Assembly (NCBI GenBank): GCA_030668875.1
Contig: DAOVER010000041.1
Coordinates: forward strand, 1-25,957
Length of the DNA: 25,957 nt
Direction: 5' to 3'
Origin: Candidatus Heimdallarchaeota archaeon
GTDB taxonomy: Archaea; Asgardarchaeota; Heimdallarchaeia; Heimdallarchaeales; Heimdallarchaeaceae
The translations under genes and the position numbers were made by a program. Under the pieces are notes generated by a model. That model saw only the letters and a list, made by a program, of their open reading frames with translations. It had not been told where the DNA came from and made no database searches. Shown here piece after piece: positions 1 to 7,359 of this stretch. Position 1 is the stretch's first letter; every line of letters starts with the position of its first letter.

Positions 1-1
1 A

Positions 2-142
2 ATATCTATCATTTTATTTATACTAATGCCTCCTCATTGGTCTATGATAGTTGGTTTTGTTGTTTTACTAATTATGGCTAGTTTCTCATATTACATGGGG
101 ATAAAAGGGGTCTTAAAAGAACAAGATACCGAAACAAAATAG
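2..142 (+). CDS. C-terminal fragment of a membrane protein (gene starts left of the window)
   Basis: Manual translation from nt 2 gives ISIILFILMPPHWSMIVGFVVLLIMASFSYYMGIKGVLKEQDTETK*, two hydrophobic stretches ending at TAG 140-142. Confidence 0.6.
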   Translation: MSIILFILMPPHWSMIVGFVVLLIMASFSYYMGIKGVLKEQDTETK

Positions 143-270
143 AGTGAATATTTTACTTCAGATAAGTTATTGAAACATTGGTTTTTTCCTTTTTTCAACA
201 TTAAAGAGGTCGATAGCTATTTTCTAGAAACATTTTTTACTGTCTGTACACAAAGAATGCTGTATTAATA

Positions 271-1125
271 ATGAAAATAGGTTATACTTTAGAGAATTTC
301 GATTCTAACTTAGAAAGAGATTATTTAATTAAATCAGCTAAAATAGCTGAGGAAGCGGGTTTTGAATCTCTTTGGACAGTTGATCATCTCATGCAAGCTA
401 ATGAGGAAGGCTTAACAATTTTTGGTGATACAACTACAGCACTCTATAATACTATTACTGAGCCCTTAACAACTATAACTTTTCTAGCTGGACATACAAC
501 TAAGATAAAATTTGGTGTTTCTACTCTCGTTCTACCGATCAGAAATCCAATCATAGTCGCTAAACAATTAGCAACTCTTGATTATTTAACTAATGGAAGA
601 ATAGTGATGACTTTTGGTGCAGGATGGAATGAAAAGGAGTTTGATTTTCTTGGTGAAAATTTCAAGAAACGTGGTAGTAAACTTCGTGAAGGTTTACAAA
701 TCATTAGATCTTTGTGGAATGGTGAGACATCTTTTGAAGGGAAATACTATCAATTCCATGATGTCTGTTTCACACCGCTACGACCAGAACTTTCCAAATT
801 ACCTCTGATTGTTGCTGGCAGCTCAGACTATATGCTAGAAACTGCAATACAATATGGAGATGGGTTACATCCAGCAGGTGTAACAGGAAAAGAGATTCAA
901 GAGATAATTGCGCCTTACAAAGATAAATTAGAAAATAGAGAGTTCTTTTTGTCTGTTCATGTTGATATCTACAAAGATACAGATGTAGAATCAGTGCTAA
1001 ATGAGTATGAAGAAAATGGGATAAATAGAATAATTTTAGATCTATCTAGAGGAGATATTAAACCTGAAGAGAGAATGAAATATCTAGAACAATTATGTGA
1101 TTATGTAAAAAATATTAAGCGATAA
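271..1125 (+). CDS. LLM-class (luciferase-like) oxidoreductase, probably F420-dependent (Rv2161c-like)
   Basis: Motifs GFESLWTVDH, EPLTTITFLAGHT, LVLPIRNPIIVAKQLATLDYLTNGR and GAGWNEKEF are typical of the LLM family. Confidence 0.88.
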   Translation: MKIGYTLENFDSNLERDYLIKSAKIAEEAGFESLWTVDHLMQANEEGLTIFGDTTTALYNTITEPLTTITFLAGHTTKIKFGVSTLVLPIRNPIIVAKQLATLDYLTNGRIVMTFGAGWNEKEFDFLGENFKKRGSKLREGLQIIRSLWNGETSFEGKYYQFHDVCFTPLRPELSKLPLIVAGSSDYMLETAIQYGDGLHPAGVTGKEIQEIIAPYKDKLENREFFLSVHVDIYKDTDVESVLNEYEENGINRIILDLSRGDIKPEERMKYLEQLCDYVKNIKR

Positions 1126-1146
1126 AAAAGTGTTTAGTTAATCAAA

Positions 1147-1560
1147 TCATAGAAGTTTGACATATTTTTTGTATTCTTTTGGAGCGTTTTTCAGCATTTT
1201 CTCATCTGCTGTAATTATTTTCCCTTTTTTTAAATTCGCAAGTGCCACATAGGTAGAATCATATATCGTCAGCTTATTAGTCATTGCGATTTCTATTGTT
1301 TTGTTAGCTAATTCTGCATCTAAAAAACAAAACTCTATTCCATAGTTTGTTATTGTTTCAAATATTCTTTCAACTTCATTTTGATTGTGAAGATTAATAT
1401 ATTTCAAAGCGTTCAATAACTCATACAAAATCAGATTAGGTGCAAGTAAACTCAGTTCCCCTTTGATATATCTGTCTCTTATTGCTATCGCAGAATCTGA
1501 TTTTATTTCATCTACGAACCATTTGATCAATACACTTGTATCAATTACCACTATTTCCAT
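1147..1560 (-). CDS. vapC: PIN-domain toxin VapC
   Basis: N-terminal VVIDTSVLIKW, then YELLNAL, IYDSTYVALA and ITADEK acidic PIN motifs; overlaps the upstream small RHH gene. Confidence 0.92.
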   Translation of the reverse strand: MEIVVIDTSVLIKWFVDEIKSDSAIAIRDRYIKGELSLLAPNLILYELLNALKYINLHNQNEVERIFETITNYGIEFCFLDAELANKTIEIAMTNKLTIYDSTYVALANLKKGKIITADEKMLKNAPKEYKKYVKLL

Positions 1561-1786
1561 AGCGATTATCTCTCCAATATCTTATTAAATCCGTAGAATC
1601 CCATTTTGAAGGAGCTTCTTTTCTTAATTCTTCATTTGAGAGTAAAGCTTTTGCAATGTTTATATTTTCTTCTCGATCAATAATCCTTAAAATTACTGCT
1701 CTTAGCTCGTCACTCCAGTTTATGTGGTTTAGCTTCTTCATTTTCTTCTTTAGATCATCAGGTACACGAACACTAATTGAGGTCAT
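1541..1786 (-). CDS. vapB: RHH-type antitoxin VapB
   Basis: 81 aa; N-terminal ISVRVPDDLKKKM...INWSDELR ribbon-helix-helix pattern; directly upstream of and overlapping vapC. Confidence 0.85.
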   Translation of the reverse strand: MTSISVRVPDDLKKKMKKLNHINWSDELRAVILRIIDREENINIAKALLSNEELRKEAPSKWDSTDLIRYWRDNRYGNSGN

Positions 1787-1812
1787 TGTATATACAGTAT
1801 GACAAGCAGTAC
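1787..1812 (-). promoter_or_regulatory. Candidate vapBC operator: TGTATATACA palindrome plus CAGTA(T/C) direct repeats
   Basis: 10-bp palindrome at 1787-1796 abuts the start codon; AGTAT at 1796 and AGTAC at 1808 are 12 bp apart, between a TATA-like element and the ATG. Confidence 0.45.
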
Positions 1813-1917
1813 ATATATCTTTCTCTTAATATTTAAAGAGATAAATAATTATGTAATTTAATACGAAAGTACAAACAGTAAACAAAATTTTTCATTAGTG
1901 ATATTGGCTTCAGTTAT

Positions 1918-2622
1918 TTATTTTCTTCTTCTGAACACTATGAAAATAATCGAAAGGAGACATATTATTGGAACTGTGGATGAAACTATGGTAACATTAG
2001 GGTTTTCGATTTCCGCAGCATTATCTGTATAAATCACCAAATCGTCAACCCAGATGTTTTGATCCCAGAAAGCAACAGTAGCATCGACATAGAAGAAGAA
2101 AAGTAGGACCTCAACGTAACCAGATGTGCTAAAAGTGTAATTAAATATTTGATAACCAGTATCATGTGAATATGAAATCCCTGTATCTTGATAGTCATAA
2201 GGTCTTTTCACGTCAAGGTATTCCATGGTAAGAGGATCTATAATAGCTACGCCCATAATCACCTGATCATATCTGTCTGAAGAAGCTCTTCCTTCAAAGG
2301 ATATATTCAAGGAATTTTCAAATGTGGGAACTAATGTATAGACTCCTGCATACAAGTGATAATAGGAAGAAGAAGTTTCATAAACATTAATTTCTGAGGT
2401 AGTAACGGAACTGGAAAAATCTTCAGTTGTTGATTCTGCGTAACCTGTTGAATAGTGAGGAATAAAAGCTGCTTCCGTCCAATTATGATCACTAACTGAG
2501 TCATAAGAAGATGTCAAGGTTTTGTTTGGTGAACCCTCTGCAGAGACAATAGAATTGACACTGAGAACGTTGAAAGAAAGAAGTAAAATTAGAAGTGCAA
2601 TAATTGGACCTTTACTCTTCAC
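1918..2622 (-). CDS. Secreted, C-terminally anchored surface protein with one copy of an uncharacterised beta-rich domain
   Basis: Signal peptide MKSKGPIIALLILLLSF; C-terminal TM plus RRRK; visibly homologous to two repeats in 24268-25761. Confidence 0.8.
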   Translation of the reverse strand: MKSKGPIIALLILLLSFNVLSVNSIVSAEGSPNKTLTSSYDSVSDHNWTEAAFIPHYSTGYAESTTEDFSSSVTTSEINVYETSSSYYHLYAGVYTLVPTFENSLNISFEGRASSDRYDQVIMGVAIIDPLTMEYLDVKRPYDYQDTGISYSHDTGYQIFNYTFSTSGYVEVLLFFFYVDATVAFWDQNIWVDDLVIYTDNAAEIENPNVTIVSSTVPIICLLSIIFIVFRRRK

Positions 2623-2775
2623 AATAACTAGCTGAATAAGTAAAAATATTTAAGTTTTACCAAAAGAAGTTTGGCAGAGGAGTCTAGAACCTGTAATGCA
2701 ATTCTGATTTTTGTCGCACTTTTTTACCACATATATATACTAATTTACTGAGATATAGGTTGGAGTTGATAAGAC

Positions 2776-3930
2776 GTGGCTTCGTCTACATCCACAAAAA
2801 ATTCAATAATAAACAAAACTGATCAGACAGATTTCTTGATGGAATGTGTCGATATTGCAATAGGGGAAGAAACAGGTTCTCCCTACATGATTAAGTTAGC
2901 AAAGGAAAGGGGAATAAAGAAAGGAGACGTCAACAATTGGTTTGACTTAGCTGAACACTTTGGTTCCACTGACCCGAACATTTTCCGAGAACACTCGGTA
3001 AACTATACTACCACCAAATGGGCTCATCAATGGTATGCTCGTACACCCGGTGCAGAACTGCAAGTAGCGGAAACCGGAGGCACAACTGGAGCGCCGAAAA
3101 AAAATATTTTGGCGGCTAATACCACTAGAATAGATTTTGACGCTATGGATTATTTTGACTTAGAAACGGATACTTTTAATATTCTTACTAAGCTCGCTAT
3201 GACCCAATTCGAAGATTTTGGTATACCTCTACATCTTAACTATCTCGCAACTGTTCCTACAGGACCTCATACCATAGGTAAATGGACTATCAAATCGTTC
3301 GAACGTGATATAGCAAAATCCATCTTCATGATCGACATGGATCCTCGTTTCGTTAAGAAAGCAGCAATGATTGATCCCAAAATTATGGGTATGTATTTGC
3401 AACACATGCAAGACCAGACTCAAGCACTTGTTAAGCAAGAATTCCCATTCATACAGGGCCTCTTTACTACCGGTGTCTTGATTGAGAAATCCTTCCCAAT
3501 GATTCAAGCTTTGAAAGAAAAAGGTAATCTTCAAGCAATTGTTCATGGTGGAACTCCTTTATCAAATGAGACGCTTAAGATTCTCACTGAAGATATGGGC
3601 TTACCAGTAATTGGTTTCTACGGACAAAGCTTGTTCGGTACTGCTTTCCAGAGTCCTGATTTTGATGGTCATCACATAGATTATTACAGTCATCCTAGAA
3701 TGAACATGTTTCTAGTCTCCGATGAAAGTGACATTAAGAGTAGAATCAATTATGGTGAGATGGGTACCGTTGTTTCCCAACGTATCAGCCCTGAAACTGT
3801 TATTCCTGCCTTAGTTCAAAATGGTGACTTAGCTACTTTAATCAAACCTAAAGGTAAGTTCGACTACGCTGATGGTGCTCGTGATCCTCACAGAGATCTT
3901 TCTCAGGGCCAACAGATGGGAGTCTACTAA
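2776..3930 (+). CDS. ANL-superfamily adenylate-forming enzyme, EhpF/PaaK-like
   Basis: P-loop ETGGTTGAPK (variant of TSGTTGxPK); GFYGQSLFG resembles the YGxxE-type motif; short (384 aa); SD-like GGAGTTGA before the GTG. Confidence 0.7.
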   Translation: MASSTSTKNSIINKTDQTDFLMECVDIAIGEETGSPYMIKLAKERGIKKGDVNNWFDLAEHFGSTDPNIFREHSVNYTTTKWAHQWYARTPGAELQVAETGGTTGAPKKNILAANTTRIDFDAMDYFDLETDTFNILTKLAMTQFEDFGIPLHLNYLATVPTGPHTIGKWTIKSFERDIAKSIFMIDMDPRFVKKAAMIDPKIMGMYLQHMQDQTQALVKQEFPFIQGLFTTGVLIEKSFPMIQALKEKGNLQAIVHGGTPLSNETLKILTEDMGLPVIGFYGQSLFGTAFQSPDFDGHHIDYYSHPRMNMFLVSDESDIKSRINYGEMGTVVSQRISPETVIPALVQNGDLATLIKPKGKFDYADGARDPHRDLSQGQQMGVY

Positions 3931-3942
3931 ATTATACATTTT

Positions 3943-3971
3943 TTTCAACCATGGGAGGTTGATTTTTCTTT
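3943..3971 (+). repeat. Hairpin repeat copy 1 (native, 14 nt after the ANL stop): TCAACC-ATGGGA-GGTTGA flanked by T tracts; possible terminator
   Basis: Stem arms at 3945-3950 and 3957-3962; the 29-mer differs by 1 nt from 8455-8483. Confidence 0.9.
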
Positions 3972-4046
3972 TCCTACATTTCTTCTTTGATATCGATTAA
4001 TAATCTTTAATATGATTAAGACCTACACTTAATTAGTGAGATTGTC

Positions 4047-4235
4047 ATGACATCTTCATTAGAACAAGAAATTCAAAAAATAAAAGACAGATTAGAAGAG
4101 CTTTTTACTATCTCAAATACTATTCTTCATTTGCTTATCTCTGAAGAGGAAGCTTTTTCTGATGAAATATCAGCAATTAGAAACAAAGAAGACGCTGTTA
4201 ACGAGGAAATCTTATTTAAGGAGCTAACAAGTTGA
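4047..4235 (+). CDS. Archaeal RelB-like antitoxin
   Basis: 62 aa, acidic, N-terminal coiled-coil pattern; its TGA overlaps the TTG start of a RelE-like frame (4-nt overlap). Confidence 0.65.
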   Translation: MTSSLEQEIQKIKDRLEELFTISNTILHLLISEEEAFSDEISAIRNKEDAVNEEILFKELTS

Positions 4236-4498
4236 CTTTTGAAATTTCAATAAAAAAGTCTGCTTTAAAATTCATTTAAGGTTTAGATAAATCTCAGAAA
4301 GCATTAATCCACGATTTTATTCTAGTCATCAAGGAACATGCCGTTCCAAGCAAGAAATATGACATCGTTAAACTTAAATCCTTCACAAATACTTTTCGGG
4401 TTCATTTTGAAAATATCAGAGTTGTTTATACCGTTTCATGGAACAACAGTAAGATTCTTATTCAGTTCATTGGATGGAGGAAAGACGCTTACAAATAA
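4232..4498 (+). pseudogene. relE: RelE/ParE-family toxin interrupted by an in-frame TAA at 4277-4279
   Basis: Manual translation MTFEISIKKSALKFI*GLDKSQKALIHDFILVIKEHAVPSKKYDIVKLKSFTNTFRVHFENIRVVYTVSWNNSKILIQFIGWRKDAYK* follows the Pyrococcus-type RelE pattern (VP..K.D..KL, R.....R..Y.V.W, R..AYK). Confidence 0.82.
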
Positions 4499-4527
4499 CC
4501 ATGATCTTGATTGTCTATCATTTATAA

Positions 4528-4944
4528 TCATTCAATGAAGGTTAATTCTATTTTTTTATCTTTTCCTTTAAGTAACACATCAAATGATTCCAGAAACTTC
4601 CTTCCAATTAGAGTTTCAGTTAAAGATCGATGAGTATCAATTGTTGTCACGATTGAAACATCTATACCCTTTACAGTTACAGAACCACTTGCTGTTCTTA
4701 AAACAAATTTCTCTCCTGTAATTGTTTCAGCTTTAGCAAATAGATTTTCACTATATTCAAAAGCGGATAAATTTAGGTCATCATATAGCTTTACTGGAAC
4801 AACAATTTCCCCATCATATCCAGTATCTATCATTGCACTACATTCTATTGACTTTGAACCAAGAGGATCGCTTATTAATAAATCAACATATGGAGCTAGT
4901 TCACTTGAACTTGATGACGGTTTGTAATCAAAGATATTCTTCAA
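4528..4944 (-). CDS. Clan AA (retropepsin-like) aspartic protease, AF_0612-like
   Basis: Catalytic AMIDTGYDG motif and C-terminal LIGRKFL motif; single lobe, 138 aa. Confidence 0.85.
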   Translation of the reverse strand: MKNIFDYKPSSSSSELAPYVDLLISDPLGSKSIECSAMIDTGYDGEIVVPVKLYDDLNLSAFEYSENLFAKAETITGEKFVLRTASGSVTVKGIDVSIVTTIDTHRSLTETLIGRKFLESFDVLLKGKDKKIELTFIE

Positions 4945-5324
4945 GATTCTTTCCTCCTGAAACCAAATTCTGTTCTTCGACCTTCTTTAAGAATTGGTGA
5001 TACTATATTATACTTATTTTCAAGCTTGTTGAGTTTAACAGCTTTTATCGCTTCGTCTCGGTTTTCAAAAATTCCAATTATTAAACCTTCAGAAATAACT
5101 ATCCATTTGTTTTCATATTCTTTAATTAAATTTGGTAGCGTTCGTCTATACGTTGCATTATTCTGTTGTCTCATCAAATCCTTCTCACCTTTCTCTTGCT
5201 CTTCAGCTAACCATTTAATCATTGCTTCAGCAAAAGCTTCATTTATGCGCAAACCCTTTAGAGCTGCTTTTGACTTGAATTTTGCATAAAGCTCTTTGTC
5301 AACTCCTTTTATGAGTACAGACAT
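4941..5324 (-). CDS. RHH-like N-terminus fused to a DUF5678-like domain; antitoxin-like partner of the protease
   Basis: N-terminal VLIKGVDKELYAKFKSKA (RHH-like); C-terminal YENKWIVISEGLIIGIFENRDEAIKA; 4-nt overlap with the protease gene. Confidence 0.6.
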   Translation of the reverse strand: MSVLIKGVDKELYAKFKSKAALKGLRINEAFAEAMIKWLAEEQEKGEKDLMRQQNNATYRRTLPNLIKEYENKWIVISEGLIIGIFENRDEAIKAVKLNKLENKYNIVSPILKEGRRTEFGFRRKES

Positions 5325-5335
5325 ATTTTTTCACT

Positions 5336-5347
5336 TAAGTATACTTA
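5336..5347. promoter_or_regulatory. Palindromic candidate operator TAAGTATACTTA
   Basis: Perfect 12-bp palindrome 12 nt upstream of the RHH-DUF5678 start, adjacent to a TATA-like element. Confidence 0.45.
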
Positions 5348-5407
5348 TATAACTGAGTTAATAAAGTTAACCTAATATAGGATTAAAAATTGTAACAGTC
5401 TCCAATA

Positions 5408-5440
5408 TCTATTAATTTTTTTCAACTTGGGAGGTTGATT
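5408..5440 (+). repeat. Hairpin repeat copy 2 with a short stop-codon remnant (TCTATTAA-T-tract-TCAACTTGGGAGGTTGATT)
   Basis: TCAAC at 5422-5426 and GTTGA at 5434-5438; TCTATTAA resembles the gene end TCTACTAA. Confidence 0.75.
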
Positions 5441-5512
5441 ATTTCGGTCCTATTGATTTTAAAACTAATAGAAACTATTATGTATGATTATATATATATT
5501 CTCTTGAGAAAC

Positions 5513-5953
5513 ATGACTATATCTAACCGAAAGGAGGTTCTCTCAAAGTTAGTTGAATCTTTAAAGAATAACTTATCTCCACTATTAAAAGAATATAATG
5601 CATCCTTTGCATATTTTAGTGGTTCCTGGGTTAGAGGTCAACAAAGTGCTCTAAGCGACATAGATATTTTTGTTTCTTTACCTTCTCTTAGTACAATATC
5701 CCCTAAAGAAACACTAATTCTGTTGAGTGATTTCTCCAGAAAAGCGAGTGAGGTTACAAAGCAAGATAAACTCGAAATCACAATTCTAGAAAGAGTACCA
5801 CTCCACGTACAATTTCAGGCAATTAAGGATGGTATATTGCTTTATGAGAAAACTAAGGATGTTCGAACAAACTTCTTAGAAAATCTCTTAAAATACTATT
5901 ATGATCATAAAATTTGGCTTCAAAACTATCTTAGTCAAACAGTAGAAGGGTGA
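5513..5953 (+). CDS. mntA: Minimal nucleotidyltransferase antitoxin (MNT)
   Basis: GS...DxD motif (FSGSWVRGQQSALSDIDIFV). Start moved to ATG 5513 because the track's TTG at 5435 lies inside the hairpin repeat. Confidence 0.88.
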   Translation: MTISNRKEVLSKLVESLKNNLSPLLKEYNASFAYFSGSWVRGQQSALSDIDIFVSLPSLSTISPKETLILLSDFSRKASEVTKQDKLEITILERVPLHVQFQAIKDGILLYEKTKDVRTNFLENLLKYYYDHKIWLQNYLSQTVEG

Positions 5954-6382
5954 ATGCATATGGCTATTAATTCGGATTTCCTTAAAGAAAAATTTGCTTA
6001 TAGCAAAAAATACATTGAAAGACTAAGAAGTATTATTGTAATCTCTGAAAAAATATTTCTAGATGATTTTTCTCTTCAACTAGAGTCTGAAAGAATTTTT
6101 GAAGTTCTTTCCCAATTAATGCTTGATATCTGCACGCATATTATTGCTCATTCAAGCGAAACTCCTCCTTCAACATATTCCGATTGCATGAGGAAACTAG
6201 TAGATGTTGGGGTTATTAATGAAGAAGAGTCAATAAACTTCATAAAGATAGTCAAAATGAGAAACTTATTGATCCATCAATATGGAACTATAGATCAAGG
6301 AATGCTTTTTACTGCTTTAAAGATGTTAGAAACTGATTTCTTACAGTTCAAAAACAGTGTATTATCTTGGATTGAAAAATAA
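5954..6382 (+). CDS. hepT: HEPN (DUF86/HepT) RNase toxin
   Basis: RX4HXY motif RNLLIHQY; immediately downstream of the MNT gene. The start may be ATG 5960. Confidence 0.9.
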   Translation: MHMAINSDFLKEKFAYSKKYIERLRSIIVISEKIFLDDFSLQLESERIFEVLSQLMLDICTHIIAHSSETPPSTYSDCMRKLVDVGVINEEESINFIKIVKMRNLLIHQYGTIDQGMLFTALKMLETDFLQFKNSVLSWIEK

Positions 6383-6435
6383 TCTTAATTTTTATATTGG
6401 GAAATAGTTATTATTGAAATAGAAGTTGCTATTTC

Positions 6436-6550
6436 AAAAGTATACTCTACTGTGCTAAAGGTGCTTGTGATCCTCATAGAGATCTATCACAGGGTCAGCA
6501 AATGGGAGTCTACTAAACTATTCATTTTTTCAACCTAAGGGAGGTTGATT
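6436..6550 (+). repeat. Displaced copy of the ANL gene 3' end plus hairpin (copy 3, longest)
   Basis: 6436-6516 aligns without gaps to 3850-3930 and reads KSILYCAKGACDPHRDLSQGQQMGVY*; hairpin TCAACC at 6530-6535 and GGTTGA at 6543-6548. Confidence 0.95.
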
Positions 6551-6597
6551 TCACTTTATTCTCTTTCATAGATTGTCGATAGTTTTATTTACTTTCG

Positions 6598-6615
6598 TGT
6601 ATACTATAGTATACA
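6598..6615. promoter_or_regulatory. Perfect 18-bp palindrome TGTATACTATAGTATACA, candidate antitoxin operator
   Basis: Self-complementary; its last base is the A of the vapB ATG at 6615. Confidence 0.6.
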
Positions 6616-6827
6616 TGAAAACTATTACTATTTCGGATGAGATTTACGAGAAGCTTATTCAGATCAAAGGAAATAGAAGTTTTAACCAATTATTAGATGA
6701 TTTGTTATCTAAGGATGTTGAGAAACGGATAGATTTACTCATTGAAGCTGCAAGTAAAACTGGTTATGAAAAGGAACTTGAAGAGATTTCTAAACAAATC
6801 AGGACAAATTTTAAGGTGCGAACATGA
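6615..6827 (+). CDS. vapB: Archaeal VapB antitoxin (MKTITIS..Y..L...K...SF type)
   Basis: MKTITISDEIYEKLIQIKGNRSFNQLLDDLL pattern; start moved to ATG 6615; ATGA overlap with vapC. Confidence 0.85.
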   Translation: MKTITISDEIYEKLIQIKGNRSFNQLLDDLLSKDVEKRIDLLIEAASKTGYEKELEEISKQIRTNFKVRT

Positions 6828-7231
6828 AAATACTCTTAGACACATCTTTTTTAATTGAGCTTAAAAAGGGCAATAAAAATGCACTAAAAATCTTAATAGA
6901 TAGAAAGTCAAAAACTCAAGATATACTTGTAAGTTCTTTGACTATCTATGAATTACTTGCTGGAGCTCACTACATCTTAAAGAAGCATGATGATATCAAA
7001 GAACTTAAGCAAATTCAAAAAATGCTACAGAATCTTACAGAAGCTATAATTGACATTAAAGTGATCTGGAAAGCAGCTGAATTAAAAGCGGATTTGCTTG
7101 TTTCTGGTGTTTCTGTTCCTGACATAGATATCATAATTGCTTGTTCAGAAGAAGCAGAAATCTTAACATATGACAAAGATTTCAAACCTCTGAACAATTT
7201 TGGATTCAAAATTACGGTTTTAAATAAGTAA
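6824..7231 (+). CDS. vapC: PIN-domain toxin VapC
   Basis: ILLDTSFLIE, TIYELLAG, PDIDIIIA and LTYDKDF motifs. Confidence 0.92.
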   Translation: MKILLDTSFLIELKKGNKNALKILIDRKSKTQDILVSSLTIYELLAGAHYILKKHDDIKELKQIQKMLQNLTEAIIDIKVIWKAAELKADLLVSGVSVPDIDIIIACSEEAEILTYDKDFKPLNNFGFKITVLNK

Positions 7232-7239
7232 AAACAAAT

Positions 7240-7313
7240 AGAGATCTTTCCCAAGGACAACAAATGGTATTCTATTAGTTCTTTCATTTTTTTCAACCTA
7301 AGGGGTGTTGATT
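7240..7313 (+). repeat. Displaced copy of the ANL gene 3' end plus hairpin (copy 4)
   Basis: 7240-7278 reads RDLSQGQQMVFY* against the gene's RDLSQGQQMGVY*; the 14-nt stop-to-hairpin spacer matches the native copy; TCAAC at 7293-7297 and GTTGA at 7307-7311. Confidence 0.9.
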
Positions 7314-7359
7314 TTCCTTTTCTTTGTGAAATCTTCAAAACATCAATCACCAGTAGAAA

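Noticed and set aside
1845-1870. Weak similarity to the LLM gene 3' end (ATTATGTAA...) suggesting a third displaced tail
   Set aside because: Only about 9 AT-rich bases match and no codon-level alignment extends.
4338-4538. 66-aa ORF from the track
   Set aside because: It is an alternative frame over the RelE pseudogene, which has much better family support.
5435-5512. N-terminal extension of the MNT ORF from TTG 5435
   Set aside because: The TTG lies in the GGTTGA arm of the repeat and the extension is low-complexity, promoter-like DNA.
3850-7278. Diversity-generating retroelement (TR/VR pair at a gene 3' end with a downstream hairpin)
   Set aside because: Mismatches are not adenine-specific (C/T changes such as CAC/CAT and GGC/GGT), are mostly synonymous, and no reverse transcriptase is in the window. 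The same holds for the ABC tail pair.
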